A stretch of DNA of 56,832 nucleotides from Minisyncoccota bacterium (GCA_020629675.1 JAHDCW010000002.1:1-56832), one strand, 5' to 3'. Counted from the first letter of the stretch, positions 47,377 through 56,832 are shown. The notes: a model not told the origin generated them from the letters alone. Translations and numbers: made by a program.

Positions 47377-50062
47377 GCGAAGGTTGCAAAATAAGGGGGA
47401 GCGTGCAGAGATGGCTGGCATTAAGAGACCGCGACGTGCTGGTGTTTTTCGTGCTGTGCATGAACGTGGTGATGTGCTACCTAAGCACAACCAGGCGCTC
47501 AAAAAGAGAGCGATGCCAACGCAAGCGCAAAAGTCTAGCGGGTCGGGTGATCATTTGATCGATGTGATGGATGCAAGCTACATGCAGGAAATCTACCAAG
47601 AAGTAAAGGGAGAGGCACGTCGTCAAGCTGTGGAACAGCAAGTGAGTCACATGCAGCAGACTGCAGGAAGACCTTCTGACACAGGGGGGCAGCAGACTGG
47701 GGTGCAGCAGAGAAATTCGACTGTGCAACCGACGCCTATTGCAAATCCATACAAGCGCACACACGCGGCAAATCCTGTACGGTCATTTGCATTTGATACG
47801 GTTGCAGCACCGGGGCGTGCGCAGAGTCACGCATCGTCAGCACCTTCGCCGCTCGAACGTGCTCAAGCCTTTTTTGTCGGTGATGCTGCAGCTGATCTAC
47901 ATAAAAATGAGGGTGAGACGGAGTATGACTTTTCTGACAAGGATAATCGTGAAGTGCGCCAACCGTTTGTGATACGGATGATTGCAGAAATGATGTTTCT
48001 ATTCTTGATTTATACAACGGGTTGGTTTTTGATTGGCTATTATCTCGAAGGAGAATTTCTCTCAACAAACTACCAAGACTGGATCTACCACGCATGGCGC
48101 ATAGATACGCTACAAGAACATCAGATGATTACATCTTGGGATCACCAATGGACCAGCGGAATTAACCATTGGCGCTCCTATCAGTACATTCAGCATGTCC
48201 TCGTCCTAGGCGTTGTACAGCTCACAGGATTATCGATCACCAAAGCGATGATCTTGTTGACTGTCGTGATTTATATCGGTATTCGTTTTCTGATATATGG
48301 TGTGCTGCGTAGCTTTGGCGTAGGTGCCTTGGCAAGTTTTATAGCGGTACTTTTTTCCTTTACATACGTCCAGCAGTGGATCGCAATTAGTGATTTTTCT
48401 ATTTTTATCGCTTTCATCATCGTACCGTTTTACATACTGCTATGGAAAAACATCTACGAGCGCCATGCGCTACGTAAAGATCTAGATGGGAATGCGCTTG
48501 TGGTGGAGCATAGGAAAAGGCGTCGTGCAGAGTATTTCTTAGCACTGCTGACAGGTGCGACGTGGATTTTGCATCCGATTATTGCAAACGTCTTTGCTGG
48601 GATTTTCTTTTATACGATTGGATTTCGTTCGCTTAAGATCTCACTTACATATGCACTAAGTATTTTGGCGGTGTATATCATAGGGGCGCTCGCTTTCTTT
48701 TTGCCATATTTTTCGGCGGGATACCATTTTGCTAATCCTGTGTTTACGACAACCGGATTTGTGACGGATACGATTGCTGGAGAGTATTTTGGCCTTAGCT
48801 TCTTTTTTTGGGGGTTTACAGGGTTCGCGATTGTGGTGAGTATGCTGATGCCGAGTGTGGCACCTGCGTGGGCTAGACGGCTCCTAGGTTACTCCATTTT
48901 GTATTTCATTTTGATTTACTTTGCACAAAATGGTTATGTGCCTAAAATTATTACACAGCTTCAGATTTCTCGTGTCATACCAGTGTTGGCGCTTTTGATT
49001 ATCTTTGCGTTTGCTGGCATCCTAGATGGATTTCTCAAAAGCTTCAAGATGGCGCGACCGTTTATTGTGATTCTTGCGATATTTGCAGCTATTTCAATTA
49101 TTGAGTCAGTGAAAATTGGGACAGCTTTTACGAGTCAACCACGAACATCTCTGGATGACCCTGTGTCTCTCTATTTTAATGGTAAGGAGGACCCGAAGGG
49201 GAGTATCTATGTGCGTGATGTCTCATCTGCGAGTTACTTTTCTGAGGGGGATGTACGCTTTATAAATTCATACAATGAGCACTTGCTACCAAATCCTTTA
49301 TCTGTACGTTTTGGATTCTTTATGCGATCTGAAATTGCATATACGGGTGTGTCACGCACACATGAAAAGCTTATTCGGGATTATTCTACGGTTATGGGGC
49401 TTGAATATATTGTTTTGCCGCAATCGTCACCGCTCATTCGTTCATTGACCCAAAAAGATGAAGGGCAAGAGCGGGCGGATTTTGAATTTGTCGAAACTTT
49501 AAGTTCGTTTAATGGGGTATACACGATCATTCGTCGCACTGCGGAAATACATAATGCATATCTGATCAATCAAGATGATCGTGTATTGACGTGGGATCAG
49601 ACATTGGAAAATCCTACAATTGAAGCTAATTCGTATCAGCAGTGGGATCGCAAGGTGAGTATTCTGGCAGAAAAAATGCGTAATGGTGAGATGATACCGC
49701 TGGATACATCATTTACGCGTCAGGATCAGATCGCCATCGATCTGACTGATCAAGATCTTAGCGGAAAGGCTCTTTTTGTGGCACAAAGCTATGATCCATA
49801 CTGGTCTATAGTAGGTCGTCGTGATGTTGTTAAACCTTCAGAAATTAGAATGATTCATGTAGAGCCCGCTGCGCTTTCAGATGAATTGGTAACTCGTCAA
49901 GATGGGCGTGTACGTATTGTGCTTGAGAATAACTGGCCATGGTGGCACTGGCCGCTCCAGTTCTTTGCTCTCGGTGCGATTGGACTCATTTTTGTGGCGG
50001 GACTCTTCAGCTTGCGAGGGCAGCGTGTTGGAAGTATAAGTCGTAAACGTAAGCAGCGATAG
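47369..50062 (+). CDS. Large polytopic membrane protein, probable GT-C (PTPS-related/YfhO-like)
   Basis: ~200-aa disordered N-terminus; loop QDWIYHAWR...WDHQWTSG..HWRSY; many TMs; external domain with QSYDPYW; final TM. Confidence 0.7.
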   Translation: MIKRRLQNKGERAEMAGIKRPRRAGVFRAVHERGDVLPKHNQALKKRAMPTQAQKSSGSGDHLIDVMDASYMQEIYQEVKGEARRQAVEQQVSHMQQTAGRPSDTGGQQTGVQQRNSTVQPTPIANPYKRTHAANPVRSFAFDTVAAPGRAQSHASSAPSPLERAQAFFVGDAAADLHKNEGETEYDFSDKDNREVRQPFVIRMIAEMMFLFLIYTTGWFLIGYYLEGEFLSTNYQDWIYHAWRIDTLQEHQMITSWDHQWTSGINHWRSYQYIQHVLVLGVVQLTGLSITKAMILLTVVIYIGIRFLIYGVLRSFGVGALASFIAVLFSFTYVQQWIAISDFSIFIAFIIVPFYILLWKNIYERHALRKDLDGNALVVEHRKRRRAEYFLALLTGATWILHPIIANVFAGIFFYTIGFRSLKISLTYALSILAVYIIGALAFFLPYFSAGYHFANPVFTTTGFVTDTIAGEYFGLSFFFWGFTGFAIVVSMLMPSVAPAWARRLLGYSILYFILIYFAQNGYVPKIITQLQISRVIPVLALLIIFAFAGILDGFLKSFKMARPFIVILAIFAAISIIESVKIGTAFTSQPRTSLDDPVSLYFNGKEDPKGSIYVRDVSSASYFSEGDVRFINSYNEHLLPNPLSVRFGFFMRSEIAYTGVSRTHEKLIRDYSTVMGLEYIVLPQSSPLIRSLTQKDEGQERADFEFVETLSSFNGVYTIIRRTAEIHNAYLINQDDRVLTWDQTLENPTIEANSYQQWDRKVSILAEKMRNGEMIPLDTSFTRQDQIAIDLTDQDLSGKALFVAQSYDPYWSIVGRRDVVKPSEIRMIHVEPAALSDELVTRQDGRVRIVLENNWPWWHWPLQFFALGAIGLIFVAGLFSLRGQRVGSISRKRKQR

Positions 50063-50063
50063 T

Positions 50064-51548
50064 ATGAAAGCAGGAAAAATTTTCGCAAAAAAGATACCAG
50101 CTGTTACATTTCTCTTCTTGGCAGCATCTCCACTCGTTGTGATTTGGTACGCAGCGTATATTTTTAATGTTAACAATGCTGACAATCTCTTTTTGTATAG
50201 CATTCAGATTATCGCAGACTCAATTGCGATGATGGTGCTCTTGGGTCTGTGGTTGACTGTATTGATTGACACTCTGATAGAGCGTCATCACCGTACTTTT
50301 GAGCGTGTAAATTTCTCGCTTCTTAGTGATGATAATGTTCCTACAGTGGATGTATTTATCACTGTATATGGTGAGCCACTTAGCGTGATCGAAAAAACAG
50401 CACGTGCAGCGCGGGACATGCGTGTACTGCATAATACTTATGTATTGGATGATGGAAACAGTTTTGAGGTGCGCTATTTTTGTGAGCAAAACGGCATCAA
50501 GTATATCGCTCGAGAAAAAAATGATCATGCGAAGGCCGGTAATGTAAACAATGCACTTTCAGAGACAGATGCAGAATTTTTTGCCATCATAGATGCGGAT
50601 CACGTACCAGAGCCAGAGTTTCTTGAGGTGCTTTTGCCCTACATGGAAGACAAAAATTTGGCTATGGTGCAGTCACCACAACATTACCGCAACATCGAAA
50701 ACTTTATTGCCTCCGGAACAGCGCAGGCACAGGAGGTATTTTACCGCTACGTATGTCCTGCTAAAAATATCTCAAACTCTGCTTTTTCTGTGGGAACAAA
50801 TGTGCTGTTTCGTCGTAGTGCGATTGACCAGATTGGCGGTATAGCACTTAACAACTCTGAGGATATTTGGACATCGTTCTTGCTTCATAAAAATGGTTGG
50901 CGTACGATCTTTGTTAACCAGGTATTGGCAATTGGTGTGGCGCCAGATACGATTATTTCTTTTTTCAAGCAACAGCGTCGCTGGGCTAAGGGTGGTCTTG
51001 ATATACTTATCAATGAAAGTCCGATGCGCAATGAGGGTCTTGAGCTTGATCAGCGCATCCAATATTTTATCTCAAGTACATTTTTCTTGGTAGGTATTCC
51101 GATTCTTGTTTATATTGTGATGCCGATTATCTATTTGCTTTTTGATGAGAAGCCGCTTCTTATTACTAATGGAACGGTCTGGCTGATCCATTACCTGCCG
51201 TATTTCTTTTTGTATTTTGCGATTACGTTCTTGTTGCTCCGACAGAAACTTCGTATCTCTACGATGGCGACAGCGCTCGCTAACTTTTACCCGTACCTCC
51301 TTGGTCTTTTCTCAGTGATTTTTGATACAGAGCAAGAGTGGGTAGCGACGACATCAAAGAAGAATAGTGTTGATCCGATTATGAAGTGGATTTGGCCGCA
51401 TGTGTTCTTGTTGGTATTGTCAATATTGAGTTTGATTGTGGGGTGGTACAATCCAACAGAATTCTGGGCATCGTTTTTTAATTCTATGTGGGTGGGTCTT
51501 AATATCTTTTTGTTGAGTACGTTCTTGACCCGTGCACGTTATAAGTAG
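50064..51548 (+). CDS. Cellulose-synthase-like processive GT2 (no PilZ)
   Basis: VDVFITVYGEP, LDDG, HAKAGN, DADH, QSPQ, GTN, SED, QQRRW; TM helices; WVATTSK at the gating-loop position. Confidence 0.92.
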   Translation: MKAGKIFAKKIPAVTFLFLAASPLVVIWYAAYIFNVNNADNLFLYSIQIIADSIAMMVLLGLWLTVLIDTLIERHHRTFERVNFSLLSDDNVPTVDVFITVYGEPLSVIEKTARAARDMRVLHNTYVLDDGNSFEVRYFCEQNGIKYIAREKNDHAKAGNVNNALSETDAEFFAIIDADHVPEPEFLEVLLPYMEDKNLAMVQSPQHYRNIENFIASGTAQAQEVFYRYVCPAKNISNSAFSVGTNVLFRRSAIDQIGGIALNNSEDIWTSFLLHKNGWRTIFVNQVLAIGVAPDTIISFFKQQRRWAKGGLDILINESPMRNEGLELDQRIQYFISSTFFLVGIPILVYIVMPIIYLLFDEKPLLITNGTVWLIHYLPYFFLYFAITFLLLRQKLRISTMATALANFYPYLLGLFSVIFDTEQEWVATTSKKNSVDPIMKWIWPHVFLLVLSILSLIVGWYNPTEFWASFFNSMWVGLNIFLLSTFLTRARYK

Positions 51549-51566
51549 ATCTAGTAATATAAGTAT

Positions 51567-52370
51567 ATGAGTCAAAAAAATTTTTCATTTCGTGAGTGGC
51601 TATTTAACACTTTTATGGTGGTGTTTGTTTTTCTGATTGCGCTTATGATTTCATCACAGGCATTGACGCGTAAGGTGAACTCTTTTCAGAGCATCACGAG
51701 CCCAGTGTTTTTTGAGGTTGACAAAAAAGACCTCGTTATCAATGCGCAGGTAGAGGGGCGTGTCAAAACGATCAATGTAACCTCGGGACAAAGTGTAAAA
51801 GCGGGGGAGTTGATCGTAGAACTCGACTCAACAGCGTTTGAGAGGCGTGTGAGCCTACTCGAAGAGGTGGCTGATCAAAACCTCTCAGCACGGACGGAGT
51901 TGAGTGTTCTTCGAGAGGATGCAGATAGCTTTAAAATTTATGCGCCACAGGATGGTGTGATTGATGATATTAATATCTCAGAAGGGTCCTATGTGAACCG
52001 TGAGGCGCGCGTGCTGACGATGTTCTCTGACACGGATACAAGGCTTACGAGTTTTGTGACACCGGATCAGTATAGTGAGATCCAGAATAGCGGCAGTGTA
52101 AATGTTTACAGTGATCGTCTGGAGCAGACCTTTAAGGCAAAACTTGATGGTGTGCGACAGGCAACACGTGGTGCAGGCAATCAAGGCTTTAATCAAAATA
52201 CGGGTGATAGTTTTTTTGAGCTTATCTTTCGCTTTGAAAATGCTGAAGATGGAGCGATCTTTATCGAGAAAGAATCACTTCAGTTGATCAACCCAGCCGA
52301 AGAAGAGTCTATTACGCGACCAAGTGATCGTCTTGCGCGAATTTGGAACGCACTAATCCTTGGACGCTAA
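51567..52370 (+). CDS. HlyD/membrane-fusion-protein-like adaptor
   Basis: N-terminal TM; split lipoyl motifs INAQVEGRVKTINVTSGQSVKAGELIVELD and IYAPQDGVIDDINISEGSYV; short helical hairpin. Confidence 0.82.
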   Translation: MSQKNFSFREWLFNTFMVVFVFLIALMISSQALTRKVNSFQSITSPVFFEVDKKDLVINAQVEGRVKTINVTSGQSVKAGELIVELDSTAFERRVSLLEEVADQNLSARTELSVLREDADSFKIYAPQDGVIDDINISEGSYVNREARVLTMFSDTDTRLTSFVTPDQYSEIQNSGSVNVYSDRLEQTFKAKLDGVRQATRGAGNQGFNQNTGDSFFELIFRFENAEDGAIFIEKESLQLINPAEEESITRPSDRLARIWNALILGR

Positions 52371-52380
52371 CACATAGCTT

Positions 52381-52827
52381 ATGCATCAATTTAGAGATTT
52401 CGTACATCGTATCTATGACGTCATCTTTCCGTTTGCGCTGATGCAGCGTTATAAGCGGGTCTTGATGTATCTTTTTTTTGGATCGATGGCGGCTATTGTA
52501 GATGTTGGTGTGTATATAATCCTATTTAATTTCTTCGGTTTTGCAGCGCTTTATGCAAATTCTGTATCTCAGGCGCTTGCGATCCTTTGTGGTTTTTTCC
52601 TAAATGGGTTTATTACCTTTAAGGTAAGTGATAAATATAAACGGCGACTCTTGCTTTTTATTCTCGTAAGTCTAACAGGTTACCTGGTGACTTCTGTGAT
52701 TCTATATCTCTTTCATGATATGCTAAGATTCGATGGTAATCTCGTGAAGATACTATCGCTGCCGCTTATTTTTGTGCTACAGTATACATTAAATTCATTG
52801 ATTACATTTCGTTCATCATCTCGTTAA
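52381..52827 (+). CDS. GtrA-family flippase-like protein
   Basis: 4 TMs; YLFFG..AAIVD, FFLNGFITFK, QYTLNSLITF. Confidence 0.88.
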   Translation: MHQFRDFVHRIYDVIFPFALMQRYKRVLMYLFFGSMAAIVDVGVYIILFNFFGFAALYANSVSQALAILCGFFLNGFITFKVSDKYKRRLLLFILVSLTGYLVTSVILYLFHDMLRFDGNLVKILSLPLIFVLQYTLNSLITFRSSSR

Positions 52828-52836
52828 TTATTTCTT

Positions 52837-54159
52837 ATGTCGCAAGATACTAAAAAAATTGCTGTCATCGGTGCTGGTTTTACAGGACTGACTGCAGCAT
52901 ACCGACTGGCTCTCCAGGGTTACCACGTAACTGTTCTTGAAAAAGAAGCTGTTTTAGGAGGTTTGGTAGCTGGTTTTGAGATGCATAATCAACCGATTGA
53001 AAAGGTGTATCACTTTCTTTATATGACAGACGCAGATGCATTGGGGTTGCTTGAGGACCTTGGTGTGCGGGATAAGCTAACTTTTTATGATAGCTCTGTC
53101 TCAACGTACTATGATGGGACGCTCTTCCCGTTTATGACACCGAAAGATCTATTAACCTTTACACCTCTCTCATTACTCGACAGAATCCGCACAGGTGCAG
53201 TAGCGTTTTATCTTCAGCGCTGCAAAAATTGGAAACCGCTGACAAAGATCACAGCTTATGACTGGATGAAGAAATATGCAGGCAAGCACGCTACACGCAT
53301 CATCTGGGAGCCCCTCCTCAAGGGTAAATTTGGTAAGTTTTACGACAAGGTTACAATGTCATGGTTGTGGTCGCGTATTCATGTGCGCGCAAACTCTAAG
53401 GAGTCTGGTTCGACAGGGGAGAAGCTTGGATATATCGAGGGTAGCTTTGCCATTGTCATTGAGGCGCTGGAGCGCGCGATCACAGAGCGTGGCGGTCGTA
53501 TCATCACGTCTTGTAATATCGAGGCGATTGATGGTGCGGAGGGTGAGAAGTCAAAAATTACTTATAATGGCACACACGAAGAATTTGATGCGATTTTGGC
53601 GACAGTCCCAACGCATGTTTTTGATACATTGACAGCGCATAACCCGCTGGTAAAAAAGGCTCCACAGCGTGATCATATTGATTATATTGGTGCGATCGTT
53701 GGTATTTTTAGTAGCACGCAGGAGATCTCAGAATATTACTGGCACAACATTAACGATGACAGTATTCCATTTTTGGTATTCTTGTCTGAGACAGCCCTGA
53801 CTGGTACTGATTTATTTGAAGGTCGTCATGTTTACTATATAGGAGTGTATGTTGAACATGAGCATCCCTATTTTGATATGCCGGATAAGGCAATTTTGGA
53901 TGAGTGGTTTGGTGGGCTTAAAAAAATGTTTCCAGACTTTGATGTGGAGCAGATCATGGAAAAACATCTTTTCAAGTTCCGCAACGCGCAACATATAGTT
54001 GATATCGGTTATGAAGATAAGATGCCACCATATAAAAGTGTTTTACCTGGTGTTTATCTCGCAAACTTTTCACAGATTTTCCCTGATGATCGCGGCATCA
54101 ACTATGCTGTACAAGAAGGTAATAAGCTTGCAGCTATGATTGATAGGGATCTTGCGTAA
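52837..54159 (+). CDS. NAD(P)/FAD-dependent oxidoreductase (amine-oxidase/HemY-like superfamily)
   Basis: IGAGFTGLTAAYRL, LEKE..LGGL, EKVYHF, EKLGYIEG, IFPDDRGINY. Confidence 0.88.
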   Translation: MSQDTKKIAVIGAGFTGLTAAYRLALQGYHVTVLEKEAVLGGLVAGFEMHNQPIEKVYHFLYMTDADALGLLEDLGVRDKLTFYDSSVSTYYDGTLFPFMTPKDLLTFTPLSLLDRIRTGAVAFYLQRCKNWKPLTKITAYDWMKKYAGKHATRIIWEPLLKGKFGKFYDKVTMSWLWSRIHVRANSKESGSTGEKLGYIEGSFAIVIEALERAITERGGRIITSCNIEAIDGAEGEKSKITYNGTHEEFDAILATVPTHVFDTLTAHNPLVKKAPQRDHIDYIGAIVGIFSSTQEISEYYWHNINDDSIPFLVFLSETALTGTDLFEGRHVYYIGVYVEHEHPYFDMPDKAILDEWFGGLKKMFPDFDVEQIMEKHLFKFRNAQHIVDIGYEDKMPPYKSVLPGVYLANFSQIFPDDRGINYAVQEGNKLAAMIDRDLA

Positions 54160-54179
54160 AGGATGGTTTGGAGTTTTCT

Positions 54180-56066
54180 TTACTCCTTTGCATAAGGATT
54201 ATCGCCTGCGATGTTAGATTCTTTGGCACTGTAGATATGGAGTGCACTGCGCTCACTTTGTGAGCGCTTTATTGTGTGGAGAGGAATGTTAACTTTTGTG
54301 TAAAGCTGCTCAAAATTATAGACGCCGATGCGTGGAGCTGCTCTACGTTTGAGCTCACTCTTACTTTCTCGGATAACTTGATGAGCTCGATCAGGTGTTG
54401 TGACAAAATACTGAAAGACAAGCTTGTCTTCTAGGATGCGATCGTGTTTAACCGTTGTCGTGCAGCTACCTACAAAAGCACGGCATACGCCTGATTTGTC
54501 GGACCAAATACTTAGATTCTCAGCATAGGGAAGACTGTTAAGATACGCGGCTGCATGATAGCTACCATCACCCATGTTTTTGTAGTCAAAGAGGTGGTTG
54601 GTAGGTAAGAATGAGTTGTGATAACTAAGATAAAATGGTGTACTGGTATAAAGACTCGCAATGAGGGTAATGGTAAGACCGCCATAAAGAAATCTCTTGG
54701 CTACTACTTGTGATGGGAGTAGTAGTCGCTGCCCTAGAATAAAGGTGCCACATGCGCATACAAAAAATACGAGAGGGAATAAGCCTATCTGGTAACGCAG
54801 CGTGGGCGCGACACCGCCTATTGCAGAGCCAAGGTAGTACACTACGATAAATAGAAGTGATCCTGTGATAAATAGTTGCTGCTTCTTGGTTGCGATCAAT
54901 GGTGTTACAAGGCATGTCACGAGAAAAAGTGCGAGCATGAGCGGGTGCAAGCCAAAGGTAATGTTATAAAAACCTGAGAGAAATGTTGTCAAAAAATCAG
55001 TGTTGCTCAGTGCACTTTTCGGTGATTGAAGAGCGAGTTGAAAGTTGTGGAGCGGGTTATTGAGGATGGTACTCAAAAGCACATAAAGAGTAGCCATAAA
55101 AACTGTGATTGCGCTAAAAATCGTAATCACCCTGTGGTACGGACGCAGGTAAAAGAGTATCGTGCTAAATAAAGGTCTTCTACTTAGAAAGGTGTCAGTC
55201 ACGAAAAAAAACATGAGTCCGACGTAAATGCCCCAGATAGCTATAAAAGCTTCTGAGAAGAGCGTTCCCCTAAGGATATCGATTGGTCTAATCCATGTAC
55301 TCGGTAACATGAGGATATATACTGCTAATGCAATAAAGGTGATACTCATATAAACGATGATATGTCGCTTGAGTTGACTTTGGATGAGGGTGATATCTTT
55401 CTTACGGTCATATATCACAATTAAGGCGCTAAGTAACGGCATCATTACGAAAATAAGATTTGCAATATATTTTGTCAGAAGTCCTAGCCCTAGGATGGTA
55501 CCGGCATAAATTACAGTGGTACGCGACGGAAACAAGAGTGCGCGCCATATAAGAAAAAAACTTAATGGTAAGAGAATCCATAAAAGCGCATCAGGATTAA
55601 TAATACGTGCGATGCCGAGTAGGTGCGGGGATAATGCAATCATGAGAACTGATGCGAGTGCAATTTCTTGGTTAGTGAGCCGGCGGACGACAAAAAAGAG
55701 GAGTAAAAGCAAAATCGCACCAGCAGCTAAGATGGGTAGACGCATAAGTGCCGTGAGATGTTCATGTTCCTCAGGTGTGATCGACTCTTGGATCGTGCTA
55801 GGGTAAGCGTGAGCGAGGCGAGAGGGTGTGCCGAGGATGGCAATTGTGATACCTGGCTTGTCATTAATGCGTGTGCCAAGGAGATCGCCACTTAAGAAAG
55901 AGGCGCTGTATGATTCGATACGATCAAAAATCCATAAAGGCTCATCAACCATTGCTTGTTTGCCGATATCTCGTGCACCGATTACAAAAAAACAAAAACA
56001 CAGCAAAAAAGCAAGTGCTGTATAAAAAGATGAATAATGCTCCTGTGAGCGAGAAAAAATTTGCAT
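54180..56066 (-). CDS. ArnT/GT39-like GT-C glycosyltransferase
   Basis: VDEP.W, DKPG, MRLP, LSP...ARIINPDA, LGLLTK, RY motif; many TMs. Confidence 0.82.
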   Translation of the reverse strand: MQIFSRSQEHYSSFYTALAFLLCFCFFVIGARDIGKQAMVDEPLWIFDRIESYSASFLSGDLLGTRINDKPGITIAILGTPSRLAHAYPSTIQESITPEEHEHLTALMRLPILAAGAILLLLLFFVVRRLTNQEIALASVLMIALSPHLLGIARIINPDALLWILLPLSFFLIWRALLFPSRTTVIYAGTILGLGLLTKYIANLIFVMMPLLSALIVIYDRKKDITLIQSQLKRHIIVYMSITFIALAVYILMLPSTWIRPIDILRGTLFSEAFIAIWGIYVGLMFFFVTDTFLSRRPLFSTILFYLRPYHRVITIFSAITVFMATLYVLLSTILNNPLHNFQLALQSPKSALSNTDFLTTFLSGFYNITFGLHPLMLALFLVTCLVTPLIATKKQQLFITGSLLFIVVYYLGSAIGGVAPTLRYQIGLFPLVFFVCACGTFILGQRLLLPSQVVAKRFLYGGLTITLIASLYTSTPFYLSYHNSFLPTNHLFDYKNMGDGSYHAAAYLNSLPYAENLSIWSDKSGVCRAFVGSCTTTVKHDRILEDKLVFQYFVTTPDRAHQVIRESKSELKRRAAPRIGVYNFEQLYTKVNIPLHTIKRSQSERSALHIYSAKESNIAGDNPYAKE

Positions 56067-56122
56067 GAAAGTAACATTTACTATATCTCTATTGTACCTG
56101 AAAAACATGTTAAAATAAAAGC

Positions 56123-56832
56123 ATGAATATTACCAAGGGATTATCGTGGATCCTCCTTTTGATTATTATTGTAATCGGCTTTGTTCTGCGTTTCACGGCG
56201 CTCGGTGAGACGACACTTGTCAGTGATGAGTTTTTAGATGTCAATGCGACATATGGGTATTCCCAGACAGGCGCATGGCAGGCCTGGGACTGGAATCAAG
56301 AGGCGCCGAGTGTACGGCAAAATCAGGCCAGTGATGAGCGTGCGTGGCTCTATCGTATTCAGGTGTCATGGTTATATGAGTTTTTGCCACCAACGGTAGA
56401 AAATATCCGCCTCATAAGTGTTTTATGGGGTGTGGTAACGATTGTGGTCATATATGGAGTCTCACTTTCTTTTTTTTGTAGTCGTGTAATTGCTCTGATG
56501 GCTGCATTTTTATGGGCTGTAAGTATCCCTGCGATTGAGGTTAATCGTACGATTAGGATGTACAGCATGTTTGCACCCGTGTTTCTGCTCTTCATATGGT
56601 CGTTTTACAGTCTTATGGAGCGTGGACGACGTCACGCCGATGCGCTTTGGCGAGGTTTTTTTGATCTGAATTGGTGGTTTTTTGTGCCTACGCTTTTACT
56701 TGGGCTGCTCTCACTTCATTTACATCTTCTCACTCTTAATATCGCTATTGCATTTCTCTTTTATTGTATCTTTAGAAGTATTCAGACAAGCGATTGGCGA
56801 CCGTGGGCTTTTGGGCGTTGGTCGTATTACTT
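56123..56832 (+). CDS. ArnT/GT39-like GT-C glycosyltransferase, truncated at window end (not in ORF track)
   Basis: MNITKGLSWILLLIIIVIGFVLRFTALG...SDEF...IRLISVLWG...NRTIRMYS; reading frame open to the window edge. Confidence 0.85.
   Translation, partial: MNITKGLSWILLLIIIVIGFVLRFTALGETTLVSDEFLDVNATYGYSQTGAWQAWDWNQEAPSVRQNQASDERAWLYRIQVSWLYEFLPPTVENIRLISVLWGVVTIVVIYGVSLSFFCSRVIALMAAFLWAVSIPAIEVNRTIRMYSMFAPVFLLFIWSFYSLMERGRRHADALWRGFFDLNWWFFVPTLLLGLLSLHLHLLTLNIAIAFLFYCIFRSIQTSDWRPWAFGRWSYY

Noticed and set aside
52837..54159. Calling the oxidoreductase hemY/hemG
   Set aside because: Only the FAD-binding superfamily motifs are supported; the context is glycan-related and no heme genes are present

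Overview
Bacterial chromosomal segment, genetic code 11. It most likely comes from a Patescibacteria/CPR (Parcubacteria-like) organism. That is an inference from the membrane-anchored Clp-like ATPase, the 'PANYASKSKLVEGD' conserved hypothetical, a short ThrS and the many GT-C proteins. Housekeeping genes (galE, serS, truB, PBP1A, miaA, thrS, dnaE, rnhB, rlmH, recJ, yaaA, rnhA, acetate-CoA ligase) alternate with many glycosyltransferases and AT-rich orphan genes. The main highlight is an ~11.5 kb co-oriented cluster (42608-54159) behind a near-perfect sigma70 promoter. It pairs a PilZ-less cellulose-synthase-like GT2 with a membrane-anchored GH81 beta-1,3-glucanase, an HlyD-like adaptor, a polyprenol-P-sugar/GtrA/GT-C module and a Cys-rich surface protein, making it a candidate beta-glucan synthesis and decoration system. 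Other points of note: a compact T-box riboswitch upstream of thrS that lacks the canonical long Stem I; an unannotated 47-aa ORF encoding a single WD40 blade; a doubly disrupted P-loop kinase pseudogene; and a pseudo-receiver protein. I saw no tRNA, rRNA, CRISPR array, integrase or transposase. All family assignments are from motif recognition by eye, without database searches.
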